This document shows positions 48,021 through 61,300 of a DNA stretch of 64,000 nucleotides, one piece after another. The number at the start of each line of letters is the position of its first letter. The first letter of the stretch is position 1. The stretch comes from Haplodiscus bocki. Taxonomy: Eukaryota. The translations under genes were made by a program, and so were the position numbers. The notes beneath the pieces are model-generated. The model ran no database searches and was not told where the DNA came from. It was given only the letters and a program-made list of their open reading frames with translations. The stretch is taken from assembly GCA_965655095.1 (NCBI GenBank), contig OZ296654.1, forward strand, positions 7,874,001 through 7,938,000, in the 5' to 3' direction.

Positions 48021-51000
48021 TTCAGGAAGGTCAACACTTTCAATTGAAGTAGCGCACATTTTCAGTTGAAAACTAGCTGAATAAATGTCGCTAGACGGAG
48101 GAGGCTGTCCTCGATTAGATCGTTCGGGATACCGTTTTTTCAAAAGAGACTTCTCTGGTGTCTTGTTTATGTTAGGAACTGAGATCCCCGATTGTGAAAT
48201 AGGTCTCGTTTTTTGTGCGGTATTTACTAATATTTTGTGTTTTTCTTCCTTTGATAGCGGGAGCTCTAGTTCTTGCTGATTTAGAAATTCATAGTAACCA
48301 CATTCAGTTAGTGCTCTCCTCGTGGGAATGTCCCGAAAATGGTCATAGCGATCGAATCTAAGTCTCTGCCGTGGCGGAGTTTTTGTTAATGAACTAGTAG
48401 GTGCAACAGGTATTTGCGACTGTCTGGTCATCCGTTGATGACGCGTAGGATTTTCCGTTGACAATGCGGCCCCCTCGTCATTTTTTGTGAGATAGGTTCG
48501 TTCGGTCGTCGGAGATTGCTGGGAGCTTGTGGCGTGTACCTGGATCGGGTCGTTTAGGTAAGTAGGTTCAGGAAAATTTTCGTCGTCCGATCTCGCGGTT
48601 TCGTCTGATCCAGGTACGGGTGGTGGTGGGAACGGGGGCACCGTGTCTGCCTCTTCAATAATTGCGGCTGGCTCTGCAGGTCCAGCAGGCGCTGGTTCTT
48701 CTGTCGTGGCTGGCGTTATTACACCACGTATTGTGTGTTGCACTTCGTCTGTTCTGTTATGTTCAATCGTCGGAACTTCTGGCATCTCGATGATGTCCTC
48801 GTTTAGTGAAGTTTCAAGCGCTTCATCGAAGATTTCGTGCTCAGATCGATATTTGCCCAACAAAGGGTCAAGTTTGAAGTCTTGTTGTGTTACGCTAATG
48901 TCTTCTACGTCATAATTAGGCGTAATCGGTCTTAGTGGTATGCGGTGGACACATTGCGTGTACGGTGTACCGACTTTTCTAATCAAGTAGATAGATTTGG
49001 TCAAAACTTTTTCATTTTTGTGTAATGAAAGCCATATAGTGCAAGATTTGGCTGCAAAATCACTTTGTGTCAATAACGAAGGTTTAGTAGTAAGCAATAC
49101 TGATTTTGTACTAATGGTTTTGCTGCTGCTTTTTTATCATAGTAGGTTCGATATTTATGATAAGCATCTAATAAGCGAGATTTGGTATGCGAAAACTTTT
49201 CCAGTAACGAATCCTGCAAATCAACTATATAGTCTGATGTAAGTTCTTTTTGAGCGAGTGTATGACTTCTAAATATCAGATCAATTGGTTTAATTGGCTC
49301 TCGTCCATGAAATAATGAACCAGGTGTGCATTCAATAGATGAATGATACGAAGTATTGTGTATAAATGTTGCAAGGTCAACATATTTGTACCACGTTGTC
49401 CATTTTTCGTCTGTATTGAGTTTCAGAATCCGCTTCAGTGCAGAATGAGATCTTTCAACTACCCCTATTGTTTGTGGATGCTTCAAAGAAGCATGTTGCA
49501 GTTTAATTTCCAAGAGGTTAGTGAGTTCATGCAACATTTTTGCAACAAAACTCGTTCCCAAATCAGACAAAATAATTTTAGGGATGTAACTATGTTGAAA
49601 AAATATAGAAACCAGGGCCTTTGCTATTGTTCCAGCATGTGCAGATGTTAAGGGTATTGCAAACAAGTATTTGGAAAAGACATCTATGCCTGATAAAACG
49701 TATTTGTAGATAAGCGACTGGAACGGGCCAACTAAATCCATTTGCATCATATCACCAGGGAAAAGTCGCTCCGATGATATAGGCTGCAAAAGTGGGTTTA
49801 ATTGTCTTTTGGAAACTCTTTTCAGGGTTGAACATGACAGGCAATTTTTGATGTAGTCCGTGAGGAACTCTGTGAATCCTGGAAAGTAGAATCTCTGTCT
49901 AAACTCTTTCGCTGTGCGAACAATTCCGAAATGTCCCCCTGTTGGTGAGTTGTGTATTCTGTAAACTACTTCTTTCCTCAGGTGTTTTGGCACACATATT
50001 TGGTAATGTGATATTTTTCCTACGTCATCGAAAAATTGACGGACCAAAATACTTTTTTGCATTTGTAGGCGCGTAAGATGTTTATAATATTTTCGCAATT
50101 CAAAAGATGCATATGTTAGGTCATCATTGCATCCGGTGTCAATCGATGTCATCACTTTTCGTAATACAGGATCTTTTTTCTGCTCAGTTTCAATATCTAA
50201 TGCCTTTGAATTTAAGTTGGACACTTGAAAATAATTCATCGGATCTTTTTCTTGTATTGAGTTTGTTTCTGTTGCTCTTTTTATAGCGTAAAGTTCGGGT
50301 TTTTGATCATACGATGCTGATTTCAGTCTTTCGTCCAAATTTGGAATCAAACTCTGTAGCGTATCATTAGATTGAATTTCTTCAATCAGGTCTTTAGTTA
50401 CAGTAGGTTTTGCTTCTACTTCTTGAACTGATTCTATGGCTAGCATTGATGCATCAGGTGTTTTTGCTTTCATGTCTATTTCTATTTGCTTCAACGGAAT
50501 CGAATCTACTAATTGGAGTTCGAGACTTTCGTTAGGATCTGTTTGCATTCTTGATAAAAAGTCTGCTGCAGCATTCGCTTTTCCTGGAATATGCGCTAAA
50601 ACTATGTTATACGCAATTACTCTATCCATAAAGTTCCAAAGCGAGGGATGGAGTGATTTTGATTGAAAAAAAATTGTTAGGTTTTTGTTATCAGTCAAAA
50701 CTATCACCGGTTTTTCTGCACCCAAAATGAAGTGTGAAAAATGTTCTATAGCGAAAGACAGTGCCAAAAACTCCTTACAGTATGTAGACATTTCCAATTG
50801 ACTTGTATTGAACAATTGTGAACCAAAGGAAACTGGTGCATACGCTTGTTTTTTCTTTCCATCCTTTACTACTAAGTAATCTTCTATCATTAAAACAAAT
50901 ACGCAACTGTAGTAACTAGCGTCGCATAGGATTACGTATTGTTGTCCTGGTTTTGCTAATCGCAGAGTTGTTTTCGTTGCTTGCAACAAGTCTTTCTTTA

Positions 51001-53161
51001 TTGTTTCGAAACGCTGCAAGTGGTCATCTTGTAAATCAAAATCAACGTCTTTGCGTAATAATTTATACCACGGCATCAAATTTTGTGCCAAGTTCGGTAA
51101 AAATGAACGGAAAAGTAGGACAAATCCTACCAAGCGTTTCACTTGTCGCACTGTTGCTGGTAGTTTCATTGTTTTCAGAAATTTTTCGATTTTCTCCGTT
51201 TCAGGTTTTAGTCCTTGAGGTGTTATTGTATTGCCAAGAAAATTAATTGAGGTCATTCCAAATTCACATTTATGTGGTGTCAATCGTAGTCCTGATTTTC
51301 TCAAAGAGCCAAATATTTGTCTAAGAGTTGGAATCCTTTGTTCAAATGTTTCCACTCGACATCCGATATCATCCATAAACTATGTACATAAGTTGGCCGC
51401 GAGGCAAGAATCAAGATAAGATCTGACAAATGAGCTAAATCCTGTCACTGATTTGTTTATTCCTTGAGCTAGTCTTGTGTAGGCGTACGTTCTCGAGGCA
51501 AAGTTGAAGGATAAGAGTTGGACTGATAAGGGGTCAGCCATCTGTACACAGTGATAAGCTTGTGAACAATCCAACTTAGTAAACAAGGTCTTTCCTGCAA
51601 AATGATGAACGGCGTCTGTCACATTTGAAATTGGGAAATTCTTATCGCTGTAATCATTTCGATGGAGGTGATTAACACGCCTCAAATCGATTAATATTCT
51701 CAGTTTCCCTGACGGCTTGCCTTGTGCAAATATTGGACTGCTATATTTAGAATTTGGTAAAAGTGTGACAATGCCATAATATTGCATTAGCGCTAATTCA
51801 ACTAAGATTTCATCTCTCAAATGAATTGGTGTTGGCGGATTTCGAACATAGACTGGTAAATCATGTGCCGGTGTTAATTTCACTTTCAATTCTGTATTAT
51901 AACCAACGTCGAAGCGATGCTTTGCAACAATGTCATAATATTCAAGCAAAAGATTTTGCATTTCAGCAATCTGAGCTGCATTTGATGATGATTTTGACCA
52001 GTCGAACTGTTTCAGAAATGTTTCTTTATCTTTTTCGTTAGACTGCGTATTAAGTGAATCACGTTGTTGTAATTCAGAAATGTTATCGAAAATTTTCTTC
52101 TGAACTGGGGGCAGATTTTCCGGGTTTTGACATGTTTCTGGTGTAGGAAGCCAAATTTTTTCGTACTCAGGCGATGGACGTTTGGGTTGTTGACTAATTC
52201 TGTTATTTCTAACTCGTAAAAATTGGTTTATTTGATTCAAAAGTTCACCATTTTTCATTTTGTCCAGTGCTAGGAGTTCCGGTCCAATTTCTATCATTTT
52301 TTCTTCCTCTTGTGGTGAGAGAAATTGGAAAACTGCTACTTGTTTGTTTTTCGGAAAGGTTATTGAATGATCATTGAGGTTGAGAGCCAATATGGATACC
52401 ATATTGTCTTTTCCGACTGTAACAACTGATGATGACAGTTTCAACTCCGTATTATTTTCATATTCTTCAAGTGGAATTATCATTCCTGTGTGTCCTTCAA
52501 GTTTTTTCGAAAATTTGATCTTTGTGTAGAAAATTTCTTGATTTTGTGGCTTGACAGTTGTTTTTTGGTACATAAGAACCGGATATCTACTTTTTGGAAT
52601 TTTACGTCTTCCTTCCTTGGGTTTTCTTATCTCATTGAGCTGATAAGTCATTTCTGGCAGTTTCAAAAGATTTTCGCCAGGACTGATTTCAATGTTATAT
52701 TTTTTGAAAAACGGGTTACCAAGAACAACACTATTCATTGAAGGAAGTATCAGAAAACTATCCTGAAAATTGTGGTCACTAACTTTGAATTTAACATCCA
52801 CCTGAGCCAAAACTTTTACTGTTCGCCCAGAGGCTACTTTCACATTCAAAAATGAGGCTTGTTGTAATTCGGAAATGGAATTAGGGGATTCCTCTTTCAA
52901 TTTTTGAAAAAAATCCGCTGGCATTGCGTTTGCACAAGCCCCTGTGTCAATTAGTGCTCTCCTGCGTAATTCATTTTCAAATTTCAATGGAATATACATA
53001 AGGTTTTCTCCTTCAAGCAGAAGAACTTCATTAATTTCATTATTAGTGGTTAAAGTCTTCTCTGGGTGCGTTCTTTGTTCTGAAGGTTCTAGAATGTTAT
53101 CTGTGGTGTGCAAAGTAAGGTTAATGTTTTTCTCTGGACTGGCTGACGTGTGTGGCTTCAT
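47448..53161 (-). pseudogene. pol: Pol polyprotein: protease, RT, RNase H, integrase, Pro-rich linker, macrodomain
   Basis: ALIDTGA; LRILIDLRRVN, TKLDCSQAYH, FMDD (stop just before it at 51380-82); ILCDAS, VLTDNK, NAAADFLSR; HNSPTGGH..CLSC, MDLVGP, SDLGTSF, VVERSH. Frameshift near 49075. Confidence 0.96.
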
Positions 53162-54416
53162 TAGTTTTTTGCTTGCGAGTTGAACGGTATTTGTCCACCT
53201 CTGGTACTGCTCTTTACTCTAGCTTTACAATTTCGAGAGTTATGGTTTGGATAACCGCAACTATAGCAAACTTTTTGTGAAAATGCAGTAGTTTCAATAT
53301 GCCCTCCTGAATTTCCAGTGTTTATTTTTGTTTCGTTACTTTGATATCCTTGCTGCTGAAAATTACTGTTATTGAAGTTATTGTTATAGTTATTCGAGAA
53401 GTTGCCTCTATTATTGCCTTTAAGGTTATTCCTCCCTCGATAGCTTCCTCCATTGAAATTATTACCATATCTGCCGCGATTTTGGTTTTTTTGATACTTA
53501 TTTGATACTTGATTTTGATAGTTTCGATTTTGATATCCTTGATTGTTTGAAAAGCCTCGATTTCCTCTATTTTGGTACGTTCGGCCTCTGAAATTCCCTC
53601 GCAAAGTTTGTTGTTCGTTGTCCTTATAGGTATTTGATGAATTTTGTTGCAGTGAATTAAGCTTTTCCGTCAAGGCAACAATTCTGTGTTCAAGGGAGTT
53701 TTAATTTTCAGACATTTTTGTGAGAACTGTGAGAAATTTTTCTGAAATTTCAGCGCTCATCTCATTAAATCCATCTCTTGACCAATCGTCAACTGGACAT
53801 AATTCTCTAAGAATCAGTTTTTGCCTTGCTTTTGTGCATAATTCTTGAATTGTTGCATCTCTAGTTCTTCCAGAAGTTTCAGTCTGATAAAATTTGGCAT
53901 TGTTTTTTTAAAGAGACGAATTATATGTCTTTCTCGTTCCATTTGTGAAAAATTCCCTGTGTTTTGATTTTCTCGTGTTTCACGATCGAATCTGTCCTGG
54001 TCATTTGGTACGTCTCCATCTACAGGTGCTACTGGTTTATCAACCGGTGTTGGATAAACTTTCAGAGCTAAATTTTGAAGTTTGACCAAAAATTCTTCCG
54101 GTGATTCTGTTTTGTGATTAAATTTCATGTTTTCTAAGTTGATATGATGTATTTCTTTCAAGTTTGGATTGCAAAAATGATTTTTCAACGCTGTTATTGT
54201 TAATTCTAAGTCTGCTCTGGTGTTTTGGTCAAGTGTGTGGAAAAATTGTAATGCTGAGTCTTTTAAGTGTAGTTTCAAAAATCCTACTCGTTGTGCATCA
54301 GCAATTCCTGTAACTTCAACTATACTACGGAATAAAGATTCAAAATCTGTCCAGTTGTCTGTTGAACATCCGCCGTATTTTGGTAGGCTTACTGTCGATT
54401 GAGCTGCTGCTGCCAT
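53161..54416 (-). pseudogene. gag: Gag with an Asn/Gly/Arg-rich region and a single CCHC zinc knuckle; one frameshift near 53850
   Basis: LPKYGG....WTDFESLF, FLKLHLKDSALQFF and ESPEEFLVKLQNLA are capsid-like; the knuckle is CYSCGYPNHNSRNC. Confidence 0.9.
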
Positions 54417-55108
54417 TTTTGCGAATTACCAAGGTTTTCGAAAATTCAAGAGTGACGGGCTTATTTGAGCGGATCGAAAAATTACAGACAATGAATGACG
54501 GAATGAATCAGTTTAGAAAAAGGGGAATTTTAGTAGTTACTACCTCAAAATAAATTTACTACTTCGGCGCTGTGAGTTAAAGTGATGATTTCAATTAAGA
54601 TGATGATTTCAAACAGTTTGAAAACAATCTGAGCGCTATTATCAATTTTACTGCTTCTAAAACTCTCTAGGAGTAGAACGAATGTGAAACTTACAGGCAA
54701 CCAAAATCGTTTCCAGCTTCATCTTTGCACTAGTGTTGAGTTAGAGTGTCGTTTGTATTTCCCAATAGAAGTAGAGATCCCAATCTTCTGGTTTTGTCAG
54801 GATCGTCCTGCTGTTTCTTCTATTTTAGACCAGTAGTCCAGAGATTCTTCAGTTGTCGTTGTGGATGATCACAGTGTAGCTCGTTGTCGCACACTCCTGT
54901 CACCATCTAAGATCGCACCTCTTCTTCTATGTTTCGTAGTGTTTTCTTCAAGCCTGAGCGGGCATTTAGTATTCTCAAAGTATTTCAGATTCAATGTTCT
55001 TGTTGGATGCGGGGTCCCGCGGTTAGACTTGCTACAAGTGATCTGTTCTACAACTCTTCAAGCTATCGAATAAATGGTTAGTTTTGCAGATTTATGAATT
55101 CAACTTTA

Positions 55109-55126
55109 CTGTACTGCGTCGCCGCT
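55109..55126 (-). promoter_or_regulatory. Primer-binding-site-like sequence
   Basis: AGCGGCGACGCAGTACAG directly follows the LTR's terminal CA. It has CGG where TGG is canonical, in both copies. Primer tRNA not assigned. Confidence 0.55.
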
Positions 55127-55398
55127 TGTTGAGTATCAAAAATGTTATGTGCTAAAGTTAATGATAAGAGATAATATAAATCATGAGGTAATTCCGTCAT
55201 TTGACATATTTATCTAAATTAAGCATCTTGCTGAGTTTAAGATAAGTTTTAAAGTTTGAAGTTCACTGGAGGAATGTGGCGTCATTAAATGATTGAAGGG
55301 TGATTAGAAGATTTTATCAAATAATTTTGAGTTTAAATGGGCGTTCTTCTCATATGAACTTTGCTTTTAGCATTCCGATCGTAACATGGAATGTTACA
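55127..55398 (-). repeat. 5' LTR
   Basis: TG...CA ends. My hand count is about 9 substitutions and 1 indel versus 35815-36087. Confidence 0.94.
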
Positions 55399-58300
55399 GA
55401 CAGTGGAACCGATTTTCCTCTGAGTCAATAGTAAAATAGCCCGCAGCAGAATTTTCGGTTTTCCAGTCGTCGAACACGAAAGACATTTCGGTTAAAAAGC
55501 GAAACTCTCAAAAAGCCACCCACTTGTCGAAGAAGTTTAAGCATCGAAAACCTGAACAAACTTCCAGAAAGAGCAATCAACTTTACCGATAGATCTATGT
55601 TCCTGAGCTCTGTCTTCGGGAGCGAAAATTCTCGTAAACATTTCATTGAAAAAAAACAGACGAGTCTAACCGAATGTGTACAAAACGAACACAAATAGCT
55701 AAGACATCGCCCCAAATTGAAAAATATTCGGTCCGAGTGAAGTTGTCTTTCCTGTAGAGAGCAACACTGAATCGGACGCAGTTGTGTGGCCAAAGTCTGC
55801 CAACATATACAAAAAAGTCTTTCCAGCACTGATAGTTTAACCAGCATTGTCAGATGAGGATCGGGATTTGTTTCTATTTCAGCTTCAACCGGATAGGATA
55901 AAACTGCAAAAACCAACAATTAAATCTGAAAACTAATTTTGGTTCAAAACTTTGTAGAACACCTAATTAGGCAGACCAAATTGGAGGCGAAAAAAAGCAA
56001 CAAAAATTCAGTCGAAATTAGGCTCTGATGAGCCAGACTGCGAAAGACCAAAATTTCAAACTTTTTCAGACGTTATCCCAGAGGAATGGTACATTATTAA
56101 TTGGTCTGAAAAACAGACGCATTAAACTGGCCTAATGTCTTGACGCTGGAAAAAGGCTCTAAGGAGAAGTCAGAACTTTCAAAAACACTACGCAGAGATA
56201 GGGAGCTGAGCGCAGCAAACCAGCTAAAACTTCAAAATGGGGTTAAGATTACACAACTGAGATTGCCCATGCACTGTGTTTCCAAAACTTGGAGGTACGC
56301 ACCGTAGTCAGGATGAAATTGGGGACACTTTTGGATAGTTCATTGTAGATGTGCGCCTTGATGTCGAAATCAAAACTCTGCTCCAATTGTTGCAAAGCGA
56401 AAATTTTGACGACAAAATAATCACGAAAAAAAAAGATACAAAAAGCTCAGGCGTTCAAGGAATGTACCTAGCGGGCCACAGTTTAACACGCAAATTATTC
56501 GTTGTGGCAATCTTGAACCCGTTAGCCAAAACATCCAAAACATATCAAAAACCTACAAATATCAAGAGAAACAAAACAACTTGGAAACAACCATGGCCTT
56601 CTGAATTTCGAACGGAGAAGCTTCTTTTGTATAGTCTCATGCAAACGTGACAGATCAGCCTATCCAAAAAAGTACAGCATTGTCTTGAAGGGAAAGTCGG
56701 GGGGGGGGGGATGGATTGTACTAGTTTGCTGACACCATCAAACACATTTAAAACCAATTTAGTTGCGTTGCTTTAGGTACCTCAAAATCTTTTCTAGGGG
56801 TTTTGGTTGGGTGGAAAAAAATTGTGTGCCAGCATGAGGGAAATATGAGAATTCTGCGTATCCCTAAAATTACGATTCGTTTCCTTTTTATGAAACCAGT
56901 CTCTTTTCTAAAGTCTTTCTGCAATCCCTGTAACCACAATTGGCGTACAAGTTCAAATGCTACTACGCACTCTTTTTTCCTTCCCTCCACAATAAGCTAA
57001 TTTATGCATTAATTTTCTAACCATATGTATTACCTTTAAAGTATTGCTGAACTTATCAATGCATCATCATCCATCGAACACCAAAATGCTGAAACACATC
57101 CGTGAAAAACAACAGTTATCGGTGAAGTCTGACATACACCATAACAGATTTGACGAAAACCGGCGTGCTCACCCAGAAATAATTCCAATTTTGGTGCTTT
57201 ATCTAGCGGCCCCACAGACAGAACCATGAATTAACCCGAATGCATTTGCAACGGAAGACTTCGATTTGATGCTTTTACCCCATTATTCTGTTCTACGCAG
57301 CATACAATCTGAATATTTTTGAGAAAAGATTTTTCTTGGGCGTATAGACTATAGCAAAACAGAATATCGGTAAAAAAATCATCGGTTAAAATCTAAGCTG
57401 TTTAAAGAACTTTCAGGTCGTAGAAAGTTCTTGGACTTCCATCCGTTTCCATCATTGTAACGATAACTTTCCAACTGGGTGGTTTGATTGATTTAAAAGT
57501 TCACCGTTTTTCATCCGAAGGACAAAAACTAGTGTAAAAGACAATTGTTAATTATTTTGAACTTCCTCATCTTTCATTCAAGCGACGAAACAACTACACC
57601 AGCTGAAAAGATATTTTCAGAAACCTTAGTTTTTCCTGGGAACCACTAAAAAAACTTGTCTGAATCGTCTAATAACCTCACTTTTTTTATCTTGAAGTGA
57701 AAAAGGTACATCAATAATTCTTTATATTGAGATTTTAATAATTCGAAGAACAACCAAAAAAGAGAAAATTACTAGCACCAACAGCACATTGGAAAATGGA
57801 AACTAAGCATATTGAAATCCAACGGAATGTAAAATCCCCAGAAAAAGATACAGTAAAAAAACAACGACTATCTTGAGGGTCCTCAAGGCATGATAATTGT
57901 CGAGTAGGCAAACCATGCAATAGTTTCACGGGAACTTGTCTTTTGTTTTTAATGTCTGCCGCCATTCTCGATATACTCAATTTTCCTGTGAAAAATTTTC
58001 GGAGACATCATGCTGCTTGAACGGAGCCACCACAGTTGCGATGGATTAGCGTTCACAATTTAATTGGTCAAAAAGCCCGGCAAGTAAGGACCTAATTGGA
58101 ACAGTTCAAGAGTTGTCTCTTACCACTGGCCACGTGACCACGCAAAGACCCAAATCAAACAAAACCGGACGCAAACAAAGCGCAAGAGATGAATTGAAAC
58201 CTCAAAACAGCGATTTTGTGATCGCAAAACAAAATCAGCAAACAGCTAAAAACCTGCACTTGCGCTTTCTTAAAACCTACCCCCGTTGAGTCGTATACCA

Positions 58301-61300
58301 TCCTGTGTTAAAAAATTGTATTTTGCAAGTCATAGCTCATCATGTCAAAAACTTAACTATCTTCGTCAAACAATTTCAGCGTTTATTTGGTGCTAAGCCA
58401 AAGCGTAAGTGTCCAGGCGTCAGTTTTCATTGCAAAAACTGGCAGCAGCTTATTGGTTTCAAATAAAATTTCTGAATTTTCATTTTGCTTACCTTCAGAT
58501 AACTGTCATTTTCTTTTGCCCCTTCGAAGGCCTCGATCGATGATGATAGACGAAACCAGATGGCAACAGTTGTTTCTAACTCACCTTTGTGCTGATTTTT
58601 TCTAGTGAATTCGCAAAATCTGCGTGGCTTTAATCCGTAGCTTTGTTTTGTTTGAATGTGCGAAACACGAAGTTTCATCATGTATAAATCCAACGGCTAG
58701 GATTGATATATAAATACAATCAAAGCAAAACTAGATTTGTAGGTTCTTTTTCAATATGTTAGTTCCGGGCTTTAGAATTAAAATTGAGAAAACTAATAGT
58801 CTACGCAAGATTTCGACGAAAATGTCAGCCAGAAGTTCAGTGGCACTGCAAAAATTACCGTCATTGGGTTGCAAAAGAAAGTGACAGAGCGAACAACAAA
58901 TCTTTTCGAAAACAACCCGATGTTGACAGAAGTCATCTCGATGCAGAAATTGTTCGAAAAATTTAAGCCAAAAGCTTCAGCAAAAGTTGGGTTTGAAAGT
59001 CGACAAAAAAGGGACACTAACTGGTCCTTGTTTCATGTTCAGCCGAAAAAGATTCGAGTATGATTGATACAATTGAAGACTGGTCTACCTAAAAACACTC
59101 AAAACTAATTTACCGTCTTTTCAGACGCTAATAGAGAAGTCAAGTTTGTAGTTCACGGGAAGGTTGAGGTGAAAAATCGACGTGTCTCAAAATCAATGAC
59201 ACTTTTGCCTTTCTCGTCACTCAATACCGCAAATTCAATTTTAGGAAGACTTTTCAAAGTTTTCAGAAGTCAACAGTCTGCCTCAAATAGAAAACAATCG
59301 AATAACACTTTGATTGAAGAAGTATGTTGAGCTGAAGTTTCTTGAGTTTGAATATTGCGGTTTGTCAAGACAAACAGCGCTTCCTGGTTTTTTTTAGTTC
59401 ATTTTGATTCGACTACGAGAAGCAAGTTGTATCCCCTCGAATTGATTGTTGCAATGTTCCAAAAACATTCAGACGAACCACTTTAAGGTTGGTTTTGGAG
59501 AAACAAGAGTTTTAAAAACCATATAAGTCGATTCAAGAAGTTTTTCATCCACGATTTTGGACTAAACCGATTTTATTGCAGGAAAGGGATCAATAGTTTT
59601 GCGAAACTATAACTCCTCAAACTGTAGCAACGTTTCAATTGTGACCTTTGGTGAAATAGACCAAACTTCTAGTGCTGGCGAAGATTGTGTTTGATTAGTG
59701 AAATGTGTCATTTTGTAGAACAATCTGGCTTTCTCGGATTATCAAGATCTTGACGAGAACAACCAACCCGAAAACTTGAAAATCAAAGACTCCAGCAAAA
59801 AGAGAAAACGATTTTTTAAACCTTGAAACAAGAAGTTTTGCCACAAGTTGTGGAAAACTTTGAGTTGGAAATTTGAAACAAATAGTCAAAAGTAATTCCA
59901 GTTGGTTGACACCTTCGAAGATTGAAAAATCCCATGCAAGGACTCAATCAAATGCTTCCTAAATTGATATCCTTCTACCCCAAAATTTTTTACTTGGTGA
60001 ACTTGAAGAAAGAAATTAGGCCCAAAGTCGCGGAGAAACAGAGTTTGTATCTCGAGATGAACCAAAAGACTACCTCAGTTTGCAATCTCCGGTCTATCAG
60101 AACACTCTTCCAAGGAACACAATAATAAATCTCTAAATTATTTCCTCCACCACAAGGTTCAGTTGTTTGAATTAGACCTTGATGTAAAAAATCAAACGTG
60201 TGGATGAAGAGAGGTTTGTGGTTGCATATGGACGTCACCCAAAATTGTTAGCTTTATTGGAATATTTGGACAACCAGAATTCCAAGGCAAGGAGATATGA
60301 TTTATTTTTATGTCGAATTCTCTTCTCTTCCACAACTTACTGGTAGTGGGTAGAGACCATCCTTGATTTAATCAAGCTTGAGGTAGTTGTATAGAGTTTT
60401 GAGTGTGAATTTCGAAATGAATCAATAACAACGTCAGTTTTCTGGATTCTCGAACGATCAGGTTTTCTAAAACGCCTTTTTGAGAGTAGCTTTTTAGGAT
60501 TAAGTTTTTTCGACTGAGACCTTGATGGCAGAAATTAGGCCTATAGTTACGGAGAAACAAGAGTTCCATGAGGGAGCTGAAACAATAATATTTGCAACCT
60601 TTGGAAATTTCGAATTATCAGATTCTGATGAAATGAAAAAAAAAACCAAAAGTCCTATTCGATCGAAATTTTTTTACCACCGTCGAGTAACCAATTGAAA
60701 TTTTTTCCTGGAATCCGAACTTTTAGTGAGGGATTTACATGAAAATAAATATCGAGATATATCGACAACAAAAGCTTTTTTTGGATTTATTGGACTGATC
60801 CGAATTGGATGCAAGGATCGAAAACCTTGATTTTTCATTGAAATTCTGCACTACAAAATTATCGTTTTCCCTTGACAATTTCATGGAAGAAATTGAGCCC
60901 CTAATAAAAGAGAATAAGAGTTTTAATATTGAGAGAAATTAAAAAATACCATTTCTTGGAATTCCCGGACGAGTAAGGTTCTGATTCGAAATTCAAAATC
61001 GTTCGTGTTTCAGTCAAATCAGCCACCGAAAGTGTAAAGCTCCAGTTGAGACTTCGATAGAGGAAACCGAATCTTCCACTTTTGAGAAGGCCGATTTCGA
61101 ATGTCGAGATAAATCAAAAGTCAAAGCGCAATTCAATTGTTTTGGGTTATTAGTGTTGTGACGCAGGGCAAAATTAAGAGATTTTACAAGCGAGAACTCT
61201 TTTGAAAGGATCATATTCCCAATTGAGACCTAAATGAAGAAAAAAAATGTGTTTCTTGGAAGAAAATGCGTTGCATCATCGAGAAAACCAAAACTAACTG

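Larger units (their letters stand above)
35815..55398 (-). mobile_element. Large env-bearing Ty3/Gypsy LTR retrotransposon (errantivirus-like endogenous retrovirus) with accessory genes
   Basis: Two ~272-bp TG...CA LTRs, a PBS-like site after the 5' LTR and a polypurine tract (AAGGAGGGTAG, 36098-36088) before the 3' LTR. Gene order is gag, PR-RT-RH-IN, accessory block, env. Length is 19.6 kb including a nested 3.9-kb LINE. Confidence 0.95.

Noticed and set aside
55399-55404. Target-site duplication for the Gypsy element
   Set aside because: The other end of the array is truncated at 33774, so no matching flank exists in the window.
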